Assembly (NCBI GenBank): GCA_964016885.1
Contig: OZ024750.1
Coordinates: forward strand, 19,902,001-19,966,000
DNA length: 64,000 bases
Direction: 5' to 3'
Source of the DNA: Eledone cirrhosa
Taxonomy: Eukaryota
Position numbers and translations under genes: made by a program. Below are positions 42,814 to 57,769 of the stretch, piece after piece. The notes beneath the pieces are model-generated. The model saw only the letters and a list, made by a program, of their open reading frames with translations. It did not search any database and was not told the DNA's origin. Each line of letters begins with the position of its first letter. Position 1 is the first letter of the stretch.

Positions 42814-42993
42814 GTGGATTGGCAGTATCGGTAGAGGGTCGGACGCTATGCTTTCCAGCATAGTTAAGTCCCTTTACGATCTGAGTTCAAATCCCGCCGA
42901 GGTTGACTTTGCCTTTCATCCTTACGGGGTCGATAAAATAAAGTATCAGTAATGTACTGGGTAATTGCTGGCCTTGTGCCTAAAGTAGAAACA
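42814..42993 (+). mobile_element. SINE with 9-bp TSD (partial copy also at ~42300-42406)
   Basis: Family sequence; ATTATAATA on both sides. Confidence 0.9.
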
Positions 42994-42997
42994 ATTA

Positions 42998-43206
42998 TAA
43001 TATTAATATGTGTAGCAGTAAACACAGTAAACCCGTGTCTAAAATTACGAGGGTAGATTACACCACAAATGTTATATATCATTCAACCGGAATCATATGG
43101 GATGTTACAAGATTTCTTACAAGATATATAACATTTGTGGTGTAATCTACCCTGGTAATTTTATACACGGGTTTACTGTGTTTACTTCTACACATATTAA
43201 TATTAT
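42998..43206. repeat. imperfect ~85-bp inverted repeat with ~38-nt spacer (fold-back/MITE-like)
   Basis: ATAATATTAATATGTGTAG...GTTATATATC mirrored by GATATATAAC...CTACACATATTAATATTAT. Confidence 0.85.
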
Positions 43207-43848
43207 TATTGTTATATTGATAGCGTTTTTATATAGAATACTGACAGATATTTGCTTTAAAATTGCTGGGGAAAAATGTTTATACATCGGAAAATTGGTA
43301 TTACTATTGTATTTCTTTAGATATGTTTCGTTCAGTCACTTACAACATACGTGTAAACTACATTTTGTTATATAGAAAAACAAAACTGATTAAATGTGAA
43401 TAACAAATTCCTAATGCATGATACTCGGATCCCCAGACAGTGTATTGGTTAGTGCGATTGAAATCTGAATCATGCGGTTACTTAGAGATAATTGAAGAAC
43501 ACAGCTATGACGGCTACATCTTTCGAGTTAATTAAAGCGACTGTAATAATTGATTAGATTTATGACTACGATATCAGTTATGGATGACATTGTTATCTTT
43601 TACTAATCCAGTCAAATAGTATTTTTCCATCAATATATATGTTTTCCCTTTGGTATTCGTCTTTGTTATATACTATAGTTGCATACACCTGGTCTACATA
43701 TTATTCATGGTCTTTCCACCGTGTAAATTAATGTGTTCACTCCGTTGGGCGAATTAATTTATATCTCGCATTATTAAATGTTTCGGGATTACCTCAGATA
43801 ATTTGAGTGGTGTTGGCTTCGATGAGATGGATGAAATAATATATATAT

Positions 43849-44283
43849 CAGGGTCGGCTGAATATTTAATAAATAGAGTCATTGAATACGGCCAAATGAT
43901 GTTTAGTTTTCAACATAGTGCCCCTTGCTTTCCACACACTCCTTTCATTGGTGGTGCAGTAATCGGACCTCATTGGGGAAGAGGCTTTTATTCAGTTGTT
44001 TAAATATATCAACAGCAGATATGACATCATCATCACTACGACACTGGTTCCTAGCTGAGTGTAATTTTATCTTGGAGGCCGTCTGCACCTTGGGTCATAT
44101 TCAGCACTCTCCCCTTCCGTCCTAAATTCAGCTACCAACTTTTGTCCTCTTGAGAAAGATGGAGCGTTATCCCTTTATGTGTCAACCATGTCAGCATCAA
44201 TGTCCTTAGGGGCTAAACATTTTTTCTGAAGTACTTGAAAACACCACGATGTCAAATTTTGTTTACTGTCAAGGGTAGTCACT

Positions 44284-44285
<2 letters not shown>
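43849..44285 (-). mobile_element. internally deleted, decayed mariner transposon
   Basis: N-terminal HTH remnant KKCLAPKDIDADMVDT*RDNAPSFSRGQKLVAEFRTEGESAEYDPRCRRP joined to C-terminus DDDVISAVD...HQ*KECVESKGHYVEN* (stop 43903-43905); DD34D core missing. Confidence 0.8.
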
Positions 44286-44342
<57 letters not shown>

Positions 44343-45409
44343 TTTTGGTAAATATCATCTTGGTTAAGAGAGTGGGACTGGCTTTGTGCAGTGATTTTGC
44401 TCACCATAAAAGCTTCACGGCACAGGCATTGTTTTATATCTGGAGATATCTCTGCAATACGCCTTTCAATACGTTCAGATTATTTGCCTACTTTTAGGAT
44501 ATATTGTACAAAGAAAGCTTTTCTCATATTTCTAGATTGGCTGAAGGGCAATAAATCTGGAACCTGATTTGTAAAAGGACCGATACGGAAGGTAATCTCT
44601 CCATAGGTTTATTCCACAGCGTATCTATATTTCTCCAATAGAAAATCAATAATATTGCTTTCATATCTGAATTATTGACTGTGGGTCAGATATGAAGTTT
44701 TCAATAAAATATGATAACCTTAGATTTATTGCTGGCAACTAATATATTAGTTTCATTGTTGGATTTGGATTTTTCTTTGAATTTAGTAGCGAGTAATATT
44801 AGCATTTCTCAGTATGAATATAATTAAATATATAATGTCGCGTGCATTTCTATCTATTCTATGTGGTAGGGCTTTAGACATTTTGTCTGAGGGCCGCAAT
44901 TATAATAATTTGTTCAGTTAAGAGTACATCGTTTCTCATCTTACCATATATACCAACTCGTCCTTTTTTAAAAATCCATTCTTTATCAACCGGTGATTAT
45001 AGATATAATTTGCAATTAATGAACTGCGCGTATTATTTAGTGTTGCGATGGAAACACTATATCATTTAATATGTTGATATTTCCGGGAATTGAAAGAAGT
45101 GTGGTATGGACACTGTGTACTATCATGGTCGTAGAAAAAGAAAGACTTTGTTTTGTTTGTGTTTAGTAGAGTTAATTTGAATTCCATCTAAACAACGTTG
45201 ATATGTTAGAAAAACATATTGTATTTAATTTCACCTTATTTTTTCAGTGTAATGTTATAAACTTTGAACCAATATTTGCATAAGTTATCGGAATAAATAA
45301 TTCATAACAAAGTACCTATATTGAAGAGTTTGAGAATCATAATATTGAATACCTTCAGGAAAGTATCGAAATTGAGTTTTGTTTTTTATAATAGAGTAAC
45401 CGAGAACTA

Positions 45410-45795
45410 AGCAAAGTAAAAATGACTTGAACTAAAGAGAAAATTTGACAAAATGTGTAATATATAAATGGCAATCAGGAAATGAGAAAGTAAACGAAGG
45501 AAAAGACTAACAAATGAGAGAAAAAAGAAAGTAGGCAGCGAACAAAAAGGGAAAGATCGGAAGCGACAGGATCTATATAACTGTTTCAGCAGGGTTCTGC
45601 CGAGGATATGCAAAAGGAGTGCCGCTGAGTGTGATCCGCGATACTCGCTGCAACAGCCTCCTCACCTCACGGGCGTTCCTTCCAGAGTTGAGCGTCTGTC
45701 TTTCTGAATTTACTAAGGAACACGACAGATGAGAGACCCACAATGTACCGACGTCAACCGGCTTGAAGAGGAATAGGTCAGACAAGCCCGAATAT
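45410..45795 (-). mobile_element. possible decayed Tx1-like ORF2 3' end with T-rich UTR
   Basis: GC-rich island; GLSDLFL...RVSRITLSGTPF loosely parallels GLRSDTFL...KVARMARVNGPSL of 18141-19235. Confidence 0.3.
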
Positions 45796-47292
45796 TTATG
45801 AGAAATTAGGTGTAAATATTTATGTATATGTTAAAAACAGATGGAAATCTTGAATATACCTAAAACATATTTAGAATCTATGTTTAAATAATTATGAATA
45901 TATACCATTGATAAACCTATGATGTTAGTAACAAAATTGTTGAATAACAACAAATAAGTTTGAAAATATGAAGCCAGTTGTTAAACTGAGATAAGAAATG
46001 GTGGTATAATTTTCCTCCTCCACTCTTCTCGATCTCCATGTCTCTTTCACAAATCCACGCACTCTCCATTGAACAAGTGTGACTTGAAATATTAGATAAA
46101 TTTTTAACGGGGCTGTGTATTTAAAATAACTGAATATTTATTGCAGCTGATTCTGCAAATTAGAAATTCCAGCCTTTTACAAGGGCATTTTCAGTTCAAT
46201 ATACATAAGATATACATACCCAGTAGACATTCTTTTTTTCGGAATATTAAGGAAGGTAATACAAAGGTGCTTAACCTTAATATAAAAGCCTCATATATGA
46301 TAATCAACATACGACATATTAGTTCTACAAGCATCTTTATTATATGGAGTATATACATTTATATTAGCGATATATTGATGTTGCCACACATATGAATATT
46401 CTGAATTCTGAATTCAATCTAAATTATTTCCACAGTGAGAAATTTGTATGACTTGATTAGAAATATATCTGCTATAAATAAAGGAATGATAAAGCCCGGA
46501 ATGATAAAGGTGCATCTTTCTCCTGTATATGTAATTGAAAAACTATATAGATAATTAAGATTATATGTAATGTTGGAGGAGAATAGCTGTACATATCTAG
46601 GAAGATTGCAAAATATCACATGCATCTATATGGTATGCAAAGAACTCCCCCACTTAGAAATTTGAGGCGATAGAAATAGCAGTGAATTATCCGTCTATTT
46701 CACTCCCTCTCCATCAGTCTCTCCCTCTTTATCTATCTCACCCTTTATTTCTCCATTTCTTCAAGCACATTGCCACATTTCTGAAAATAAATGGACATAT
46801 TGTAAATGCCTAATATAAGTAGCACCATTGTTATGGTTACAATTCCTATGAATAAACTTATGTTAGCCATTAAAATCTAGGATGCTAAAGTACACATGAT
46901 ACACGTTCCAATGGTTATGTTGTTATTTGTTGTTGAACCTCTGTCAGTTCCGACAACGAGTGTTCGAATTCTGTGTCAGACTTGGACAGTTATGGTATGA
47001 GTGTGCAAGTGGAATTGAAAGAGAGTGAGGGAGATTGAGATAAAAAGGGTGTTACCGGTGGTGGTGATAGCACTGCGACATCCAATCCTTCAAAGTCACG
47101 GGCGCTTGTATGTGTATGTATATATATATATATATATACAAAATTAAGATAAATCAAATGAATTTAATTCAAATCAAAATTATGGGTGTCAACTTTTTGT
47201 AGTTACCTACCTAGCTATGTGTGGTTACACACTTGTAAAAATTATCTCCTGTGATTATTCATGTTTATTTATATGTTAATCAATTTCTAGTT

Positions 47293-47373
<81 letters not shown>

Positions 47374-48760
47374 TTTAAAATATCATATTAATCTGTAATA
47401 CTTATTTTCTAACCCAACCCTGAAGTTTGCGTGGCGTCGTCTAATAACTTTGTACAGATGAGTTTCACTCTAATGTATGTTGTTTGAATATTATCTTACC
47501 AGAAAGCCGATTGCAAGATTAATGTTGCCGATAATCAATAAAATGTTAAGGTATTTCAGAATTATTATGCCATAGTATTTCTTGTAAATGCATCATAGGT
47601 TCTGCTCAGGCGATTGTATATTTTTACATTCCGTTTCCGTCCGTGCAAATGGAGGGTTATTACATTAAAAAAAGGCTTGAACATTTTACTATCATCTTTC
47701 TAACAAACCTACTGTGTGATAATATATTCAAATAACCATTTAAATATCAAGGTATCATATAATCTATTGTCTTCAGATCGTTTGATTCATATCCAAACGG
47801 TTGTTGTTTTTTTCCTCAGTGCCGTGTAGTTAAATATTTTCCAGTGGCATTATCAATTATATTTAGTCCACCTTGCGCAATTATATTCCACTGACGTGAC
47901 AGAAGTCGACGTGGGACGAAGACTTGGGAAATTGCAGAAAAAATAATGATTTATGAAGTGTTATTCTACTTCTTGTACATGCAAGTTTATTTTTTTAAAC
48001 GGACATTAAAAATAAATCATAAAAAAAATTAAAATCTCAAAATTGAAAAAAATGAAATGATTTAAAATGAATACTGTCAGGAGAGATTCGTGAATCTCAA
48101 TAGGAACAGACATTTTTGTTGAAGAAGTGGTCCAATTGTGTAACATGTTCAGTGAATGTTCATTTGTCCATTACAAATCACATTTTTAGCCGACAAGTTA
48201 CGACTGGGATGTGGATGGTGTGTGGAGCTTCTGACGTATTGAATTTCCTTGTTCTCCCGAAACCAAAATAAAATTGAGGTGACAAATATCTAAATTCCTG
48301 TGCTTCCAATCAAAACAATGTTGAGTATGATAACGATAGTATAACTAAGGATAATAAAAATATTGGTGATGCCGCAGACGCTGCAGTTAATGATGGTATG
48401 ACCAAGATGGTGATGATAAGAAGATGATAACGATGATAAAAGTTAGTTTGACTTGTGTTACTGAAAATAATGAGAATAATGATAATGATGATGGTATGGC
48501 CAAGGTCCCGATGATGACGGAGATGGAGATGATTATGATGATGAAGATAGTAAGACTAAGCATAATGAAAATAATGTGGATGATGATGATGATTATGGTG
48601 ATGCGAATAATTATGATAATGAGAAACAGGAGTAGTTAGATGATGTTTATGATATTGATGATAATGGAAATGTATTGAGTAAGTAGGGTATAGCGGTGAA
48701 TTGACAGTATCGGTTGCGTGTCGGACGCCATGCTTTGGTGCATTGAGTTATGACCCTTGC

Positions 48761-48903
48761 GAAGAAGAAGAAGAAGAAGAAGAAGAAGAAGAAGAAGAAG
48801 AAGAAGAAGAAGAAGAAGAAGAAGAAGAAGAAGAAGAAGAAGAAGAAGAAGAAGAAGAAGAAGAAGAACAACAACAACAACAACAACAACAGCAACAACA
48901 ACA
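48761..48903. repeat. (GAA)~35(CAA)~12 microsatellite directly after a SINE head fragment (~48690-48735); decayed (GAT)n upstream ~48330-48665
   Basis: Directly visible. Confidence 0.95.
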
Positions 48904-49959
48904 AGGTGTTAATTAGTGGACCATATAACTATTATATATAATATAGCAACTGTGAAGGTGTTACTTTTAATCCTTGCTTAACCTGCAAATACATCATCCC
49001 TTACTTGATTAACAGTAACTTATCGATATGGAAATAAGATACAACATATTTCTACAGTTTTCAATTAGGTTTAATTGACTTAACTGTCTCATTTTACTAA
49101 AATTTATAATGAAACCATGTCTCTCAAAATTTATGACGAGAGTGGATTTATCGACATGTTTCGAAGTTATCATTAAAAACAACTACATGCTTTTCTTCGA
49201 AGAATATCAACATAACTATATTTCGACGTCTTAGAATGGAGAAATTGTCTCACATTACCACTACAAACACGACACACATACACACACACACAAACACACA
49301 CACACGCACATCTATTATATTATATATTTGTTCATTTATGCACATATGTTGCCGCCCTACAATTATAAAGATTTTAGTAACCCTCATTATAGACGCGAAG
49401 ATATGTTATTTAAGCAAATCACACTCTATCTCAGAACAAACCAAATACGAGTATAATACCTAATCCTGACCTAAAAGACTATATAACTTCCACGAAAACA
49501 TAATATAACAAAGGTAACTAAAAATACCACTCTCAAAAATAATCAAAATACACTACAATCCTATAAATAATTAAACCCACATTAATTGTTGATAGAGAAG
49601 GGCCGGATGTCACGAATTTGTAGCCGATTTATTACATAGTATATATATATGTGTGTGTGAGTGTGTGTCTGGTTGTTTGTATACTTATGTATGCGGTTAA
49701 TACATTATTTATTTCAATTCGATTAAATAAACACAGGGTTACTTTCAAGAAGCTTCAGTCTCTTTCATTTCCGTTTGATATATTCTAACTATTTTGCCTC
49801 GGAGACTACCTTACTACACTAGTGAGGGAATAAAGTAAAATAATATGTTTACCCTGCCATCATCAATGCAATAACAGTTAACAGGAAAGAAAAAAACTCT
49901 CATAAATCAACTAATGTTTACCTTCATTACAACTTCAATAAAATCGTTCTTATAGAAGT

Positions 49960-49997
<38 letters not shown>

Positions 49998-52205
49998 CAT
50001 ACATAATTACATATACATATATATACATATATACACAAACACACACACGCATGCACACACACACATATATATATATATACATATATTGTTTTCAAAGATC
50101 GATTAACGTCAGTAATAAATACAATTATATCTTAGTCTGAGAAACAAATTCATTTAGCGCTGTCTCGCTAAAATTTATGAATCTAGACACGATAAAAACC
50201 GATATACACTGACGCTTTGAGAAAAATACATTCAAAATGGAGTCATTATTTTTTTATTATTTTTTAAATCTCCGGTATTTTGTAATACTTATTAAAAGGA
50301 GCTGATTTTAAATATTTACCTGTCACGAAAGAGAAAATATTAATGTATTATATGTCTACGAATATAAATCTCATTCATTTGAGCTGGAAATGTTTTAAAC
50401 GAATTTTCATTAAATTATTATGATTATTATATTTACCTCTGTCATAACTACGTTTTAAAATGAATTATTGTCAGAAATAGATCGATGAAGATTTAATGGT
50501 ATATAACTTTGTTTCATTGATGATATTACATGAATTAACCTCGTATTTCATCAACCCTAATAAACGATTCTTACCTTTTGATGAAAGAAATTACAGTATC
50601 ATTTATTATAGTAATCGCTTTTAGGTTATACCCATTTACATTACGCACTCTACATTTCAAAATGTTTTAATGTATATACATCTGTGTATGTATGAATGCA
50701 TGTGCTCTTGCGTATCATTATTTAGCGTAATTTTGTTGTTCGGTATTCCGAGGTCGGTCTCCGACAGGTTCGTGGTCGTGCACTTGGGAGTGGAGACTTC
50801 TGGTATCGTTGGCCCTAGGCCCACCTCCCTACTCACCACCATAGCCGCTGAGCTAGCCAGCCGCAGGTGTTAGCTTCGCGAGTTGGAATGGCTCTTCTAA
50901 CGGATCTCCCTTAACATCCTCCGTGGAAACGCCTTCTTCCTTCTGTTCTCCGGCCCTGTGTGGAGGCCAGCACATGGGACACTATTTGCTCAACATACGG
51001 AGGGTTGGGGAGGGTGAGAGAGATGGAGGCGATGACAGTGGGAGTTCAACTCTTCCTTGTTCGGACCATGTCCTTGTGGTTGTGTTCATCAAGGCCTAGT
51101 GCAGTAATGGGATTGAGTTAATCCGAGATATAAAGAAATTATTAATACACAGTCTGATATAAACAGTATAAATGAACCTATTCCCTGCACACGACGGAGC
51201 CAGATGAAGCGAACAAGGTGAAATGTTGAAGCCACCATCACCTTTCTACTCAGAAAATAAAGCTGATACTCTACATGGAAAAAAGAAAAAGTATTGCAAA
51301 CTCGGGGTTCCAATGTTTGGTCCCATTATTTCCCGTTTCTTTGCTTTATTCAGATTAAGGATCAGCCTCGCCATGCAATGCACCACACCGAATCTGTATG
51401 AGAATTATAATAAATGCTTACTTTTCTGTAAACATTTATTATAATTATGTGACTCTGAATCTGCATGAAATGTTAGTTAGGAATACGTGTCTGTGGTGTG
51501 AACTACAAATTACATCTTAAATTCATGTGAAATTCTTCTGGTAAGAACTGGAGCACAAGTATTCTATACCTACTGAGCTCCTGCACATATTAAGTACTAA
51601 ATATATATGAATTTCTCCAAATGTATTCCATTTCATTTTTATCTAAATAGTTAAAATATTCGTAGTGAGCAGTTAATTTTCAAAATTCTTTAAAACCAGT
51701 AGATATTTCCAGTGAAAGTAAATTACATTTGAACCAGTGAATGAGGCTCGAAACAAAATAAAAATAATGAACATTAAAAAAAGAAAACATATTGTCGCTA
51801 ATATCATATACCTCATTATATAACGAATCAAAGATAGTTGCAATCCCAATAAATAAACATAATAAAATATGTACACTAATTATAGACAATTCTGCAAAAT
51901 TAATGAATCTAATAGAACATTATAAAGAGAGCAGCAGAGATGTCATTGCACTAGACAAAATGGATTAAAAATATAGCATTGCATAAATTATTCCCAATTC
52001 CACCCAAAAATCTCATTGAGGAAGAAATAATAGTACTGCTGATATTATTAAATTTAATTGAAATGTGTCCACCTACACACATACAAACGTACGCCCACAC
52101 TACACACACGCACGACAGCACGCCCGCACACACACACACACACACACTCAAACATGTATATATATATATATATACATCATATATATACATCATATATAAT
52201 TATAA

Positions 52206-52246
<41 letters not shown>

Positions 52247-52842
52247 TAATTATATATAATGTGTGCGTATATATGTTTTCCCTCTTTTCTTTTGTTATGA
52301 AAGCTATGAGGAATTTAGCTGAGTAGGGAAGATATTAGAAAAACTACCCAATTTCTATGTATATAGATGTTCTACTTTATATATTCAATTTTATATTTGA
52401 TGTTAGGCATGCTGTTAGTTCACTTCTCAATAAAGAGTCAACAGTTTAGAGCGAATTGGTTCAATCCCCCATTGAGGTAATCGTAGCTGCTTTGAAAGCC
52501 TGTGTAGTAGCTAGGACATCCAAGAGGGTGTTCATGGTCAGTTTTGTACTTGTTATCATATGTAAGTATACTATTTCATATTTTAATATCACCTTCTAAA
52601 ATAAACAACTATCACTTGTAGATAGTTCCTTCTGATAGGACATTGTTTAAAGGTATATCTCGTCAGTTATGTAAGTTTATATGCGAGAATGCTCATGTAA
52701 ACTGTTGACAGAGATCCCGAGATCCCAGTTAATATATGTATTTGCATAGATAATATCACATATCTGACGAGATGCAGAAGAAAATCGGGCCCCGGTTATT
52801 TTGATTGTTCCCCGAGCTGATCGATGGCGAAACAATTGTAAT

Positions 52843-53063
52843 CTGGTTTCTCATATAGGGACAAGGACAGCAATTGTTGGGGGAGGGGAGGGTCTATTAA
52901 ATCGACCCCAGTGGTGCGTGACTGGTACTTTATTTTATCGATCCCGTAAGGTTGAAAGGCAAAGTTAACCTCTGCGGATTTGAACTCAGAACATATAGGG
53001 CCGTAACTTTATGTTGCAAAACATGGCGTCCGGCCCTCTACCAATAATGGCAATCCACCGCCA
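52843..53063 (-). mobile_element. SINE, long variant
   Basis: Family sequence with the G-rich extra segment. Confidence 0.85.
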
Positions 53064-53651
53064 ATAAAGTTCGTTACATATGCTGCAATACTTACTTCGA
53101 TTCTACTTAATATATATATATTTTTTTTTTACTTACCCTATTTACATTCTACACCCTGCAGCCGCATCAACTATTGAATACAACCTAAAACGCGACGGAC
53201 CTCAAAAAGCATTGGGTGCTTTCAACGGCACACCGCCTGTAACCCATTCCGCAGGCTATCTCCAAATCAAAATATTTTCACTATTCTCTAATTTTCTTTG
53301 CCACAATTCCTTTATTGATTAACTAATTATGCAATCTGCACCTGATTATAGCACCTGGATCTTACCTAAACAGGCCACTGAAACATAATCTTGTTTATAA
53401 AAAAAAAATTTAAAGGTACATTACCTTTCCTGGCTCCTCTTATTTTCATCAAATTAATATATATAGATAGATAGGGATAGATATGTGTATCCCGGGTTCA
53501 TTTCGGGGCAACCACAGGACGTAAAGTACTCAATACATAGCAGAGTATAAATATTTAATATGGAAATGGCTTCTACAGGACTAGAACTGTTTCATTCGAA
53601 GGAAATGTGTGTATGTGTGCGTGTGTGTGTGTGTGTGTATGTGTGTATGTG

Positions 53652-53684
<33 letters not shown>

Positions 53685-54692
53685 GTGTGTGTGTGCGCGT
53701 GCGCGTATGCGTGCGTGTGTGTGTGTGTGTGTGTGTGTACATATATTTTATATATTATACAGTTCTGCTATCGGTAAGAAAAACGTTTTCAAAAATGTAT
53801 ATAGATTCTAAGTCATTTATTCTGGTTAGCTTAGACCAATTGCTTGTATCTCTGTGGAAACAGATCCCACACTGAGCGTGGAAACTTTCGTCTATGTTTT
53901 CTCTGCTCGGTATGGTGTGTATGTTTATCTCATACATTCAAATTGAGAGATATGGTACATAATGTTCATTATTTTTCATGTGAATTAGCAAAACAATTTC
54001 CAAATAAAAATAATACAGACGCATCCATATATATCTTGTCACACACACCACCTATAATTTCCTATTGCTGATAACATCACAATATCATAACTCAGCCCAA
54101 TCTTGCAATATTGTTGCATATCTATAGGCATATGTTTCATCATGTATGTTGAAGTAAATATGAGTGTATGTTGTATAAACAGTTGTACAAAATAATAATT
54201 GCATTTAGAAATTAATAAAAAAAAATAAAGCCAGAAAATATTGTAAACATTTCCTGCTAAGAAGTGATTATCTCCGCGCACATAATCAAGTTACAATGTG
54301 GTTGTTCTCATGAATTTCTATAATGTTCCCGGCAAAACAAACAAAAATGATTAGATAATTTTCCATGCACTGTTATTTCGGCATGATACCTTCAATTTTG
54401 CTGATAATTAAAACAAAATGAATTTGTCTTCGGTGAGTGTCTGCATAAAAGAAAGCAATGTGTTTGTAAACACGACATAATAACATAGTTATTAAAATGA
54501 AATAATATGCAAAATATGAGAATGTGTGTGGTTGTGTAATATAATATGTATGGCTGCACATTGTTAATTCTAATATATTATTTACAATTATACTTCTAGT
54601 TTAGCAACTCAGTTGTATTGTTTTTGGATAAAAATGGGTCTGACTGTTTCTGAAAGATCCAAAATATGCTCTGCGTGCTGAAAATTGCAAAA

Positions 54693-54944
54693 TAATTGTT
54701 TCTACATTTGGCATATGGAGAGAAAGTATCCCAGTGCATTACTGTACTTTATTTTATCGACCCCGCAAGGATGAAAGGCAAAGTTAACCTCGGTAGGATT
54801 TGAACACGGACCATAAAGGGCCGTAACATTTTGCTGCAAAATATGGCGTGCGACCCTCTAACGATACTGTCAATCCACCGCAAAATAATTGTTTCTACTT
54901 TTGGCGCAAGGCCAGCACTTACTGGTACTTTATTTTATCGACCC
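54693..54944 (-). mobile_element. SINE plus adjacent partial tandem copy
   Basis: Family sequence 54693-54880; tail repeated 54886-54944. Confidence 0.85.
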
Positions 54945-56326
54945 AATTAACACAATATAATAACATGTGCATGAGATTGAGCGAAACTATTCGATACAAA
55001 AGGCAATGCATATTTTTATTTAGTTCCAAGCATGAAGGCGCGTGATTTAGTCATTAGAACGTTCGGGTCACGATTATATGTTTCTGAGATCGAGTCCTGT
55101 CGCTAATGGTAACACAAAAAATATAATAGTAAAAATATATGAATGGAATAGCTTATTATAAAATGTTTATATTTGTTTTTGCTGATTAATATGCATGTAT
55201 ACATGTTTGTCTGAAAACATGCGGATTAGTTCTTATGGTTAATTCAACGATGAGTGAAGCGGTGTGTCTTTAAAAATGACATATTTCAAGTTGGTCTAGT
55301 ACATTCTGCTAGAAAACAAATAATGTTTTTATTTATAATTCAGAAGGAAGCATTGATGCAAAGTGTCAAGCTAAAACTCCGCAAGGATGATGAAAATAAA
55401 GAGGTTTTCAGACATATATACATTCAGTTCATATATATACATTCTGTTGGAAAAACAGGTGGAACACAGCTCCTTGAAACTGTCGAGGGAGGTTCAACAT
55501 CACATCACAAAACCTGTCAAGCAGTTTCACAATTGAGTTACACAGTGAGTTACACAGTTAATTGTTATTTAATATCTCCCAGTTGGAAATACAACATATG
55601 TGTACATTCACTCTACTTCTGTTGAGAATGTTCATGTACAACTTCTATTGACGATCATATATAGTTGGCTGACATTCACCAGGAAAATGTACTATATATT
55701 TAACGTTACCTGATAATTCGATTCTTGCCGCCGCGTTTTGTTTTTGGGAAGACACTTTATTCCAGCTTGACCCTGTCAGCTGAGCTGGCAAAACATTGTG
55801 TACCTATAGTTCAAGCGGCCAGCCGTGTTACGCATTTGTGTCACGAGCTGGTTGATAGAAATATTTTTACGAATGAATAACCCTTTTGAGCAGTCGGAAG
55901 GCGAACCCTTACACACGCACATATGAGTACGCATACTAATAAAAAGAAAGCAAACATTAAATATATACGAGCTATTCTATTCATACATTTTTTTTTACAT
56001 ACTATTAGAATATATTTTGCAGTATTATGTTACCATATAATGCCGGATTAATCAAGAAAAAGCGAACTAAAATATTATTTCTCTGTAAACAAATATACTC
56101 GTTCTTTCAAACAAAACAAGTAAGCCAATATTTTTTCCGCTAAGTATTTCCTGCCGAGGTATATGTATTAGTTTCCCCCTTTCTTTATGATATACTTGAA
56201 GAGTCAAACAGCGATAATACAGGTAAATAACATAGTTACCTTTTGGTATGTAAACAATGATACTATGGAGAAAAACCCTCATCTGACTGGATATCTGAGA
56301 GTTGGAACATATTTAATTATATAACG

Positions 56327-56421
56327 TTGACTTTGCCTTTCATCCTTACGGGGTCGATAAAATAAAGTACCAGTAATGCACTGGGTAATTGCTCGCCTTC
56401 TGCCTAAAGTAGAAACAATTA
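56327..56421 (+). mobile_element. 5'-truncated SINE
   Basis: GTTGACTTTGCCTTTCATCCTTACGGGGTCGATAAAATAAAGTACCAG...AGAAACAATTA. Confidence 0.85.
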
Positions 56422-56683
56422 TATAACGATATGCTTACGGAGAGAAATACGCCAAGAAGTATCTGCAATATATGTGTGAATACGAATTGTAAATATTGTA
56501 CTTCTCATCATTATAATTAAATTTATTTAAAAAAAAGCGATTCATTTCATATTTATACTGTATATATATATATATATACACATATATATATATATATACA
56601 TATATATACATATATATATACATATATATATACATATATATACATATATATATACATATATATATATATATACATATATATAC

Positions 56684-56732
<49 letters not shown>

Positions 56733-56733
56733 C

Positions 56734-56766
<33 letters not shown>

Positions 56767-56857
56767 CATATATTTCGTTTCTGAATTTGTTTAGCAAGAT
56801 TCTTTATCTGAAATCGTGTGTTGAAACCGATATTGTTATACTTTGGGAGGGTCATGT

Positions 56858-56989
<132 letters not shown>

Positions 56990-57009
56990 GTGTTACACCT
57001 CTATTCTTT

Positions 57010-57088
<79 letters not shown>

Positions 57089-57127
57089 GAAAACGAAAAA
57101 TAAGTGATGCTTCTGAAATCAATTTAT

Positions 57128-57306
57128 TGTGTGTTACAATTGTTTCGCCGGCGGACAGCTCGAAACGCGATCATCGTGTGGATCTGTCTGATTCTGGACC
57201 CGCAGATTTCGGAGCATTTCTTTTCTATTCTATCATACTCTGCTCTGTAAGAACATAGAGTGCTCAACCGGCATACCGCCCATGGAAGCATCTTAGCTAC
57301 CATCAG

Positions 57307-57313
<7 letters not shown>
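57128..57313 (-). ncRNA. hammerhead-like motif with a ~150-nt structured stem II domain, in a microsatellite-flanked GC-rich insert
   Basis: TGTGTGT-CTGATGG-...-GAAA-CAATTG-TA-ACACACA; internal GGCGG/CCGCC helix; the base of stem II pairs poorly. Confidence 0.4.
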
Positions 57314-57398
<85 letters not shown>

Positions 57399-57769
57399 CA
57401 CGCTTATATTTCTACAAAAAGTGGCGATATGTTGTTTCACATATTAAGGGATATCTAAATACATTAGTGTATGATGTTCCCTATATAAAGCAATGTTCTA
57501 AGTACTGAATGGAAAATAAGTAAAGAAGAACAAATATAACAATCGGTATCATATATATATTCGATAAGCATGCCTGCCATATAAAAAGTAATAATATTTC
57601 TATGGTGCTGTATTTAAACATTTAAAAACCCTGTGAAGTATTCTGACAATATTTAGAAACATATATTAGGTATGTTCTCATTCAAATCTAATTCCGATTT
57701 CTATTTAGTAAACATGACATATTGCCATAATTACAGAACACATAAAAGTTTGAGTTTAATACAAATATA

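Noticed and set aside
47499-47595. Signal-peptide-like frame (KKYYGIIILKYLNILLIIGNINLAIGFL) before a minus-strand donor
   Set aside because: No in-frame ATG, an upstream stop, and no clear acceptor.
48647-48941. Poly-E/Q, poly-K/N and poly-F ORFs
   Set aside because: (GAA)n(CAA)n microsatellite.
50740-51400. GC-rich island (also ~33400-34010 and ~39700-40330), possibly decayed retroelements
   Set aside because: No diagnostic motif could be read with confidence; left unannotated.
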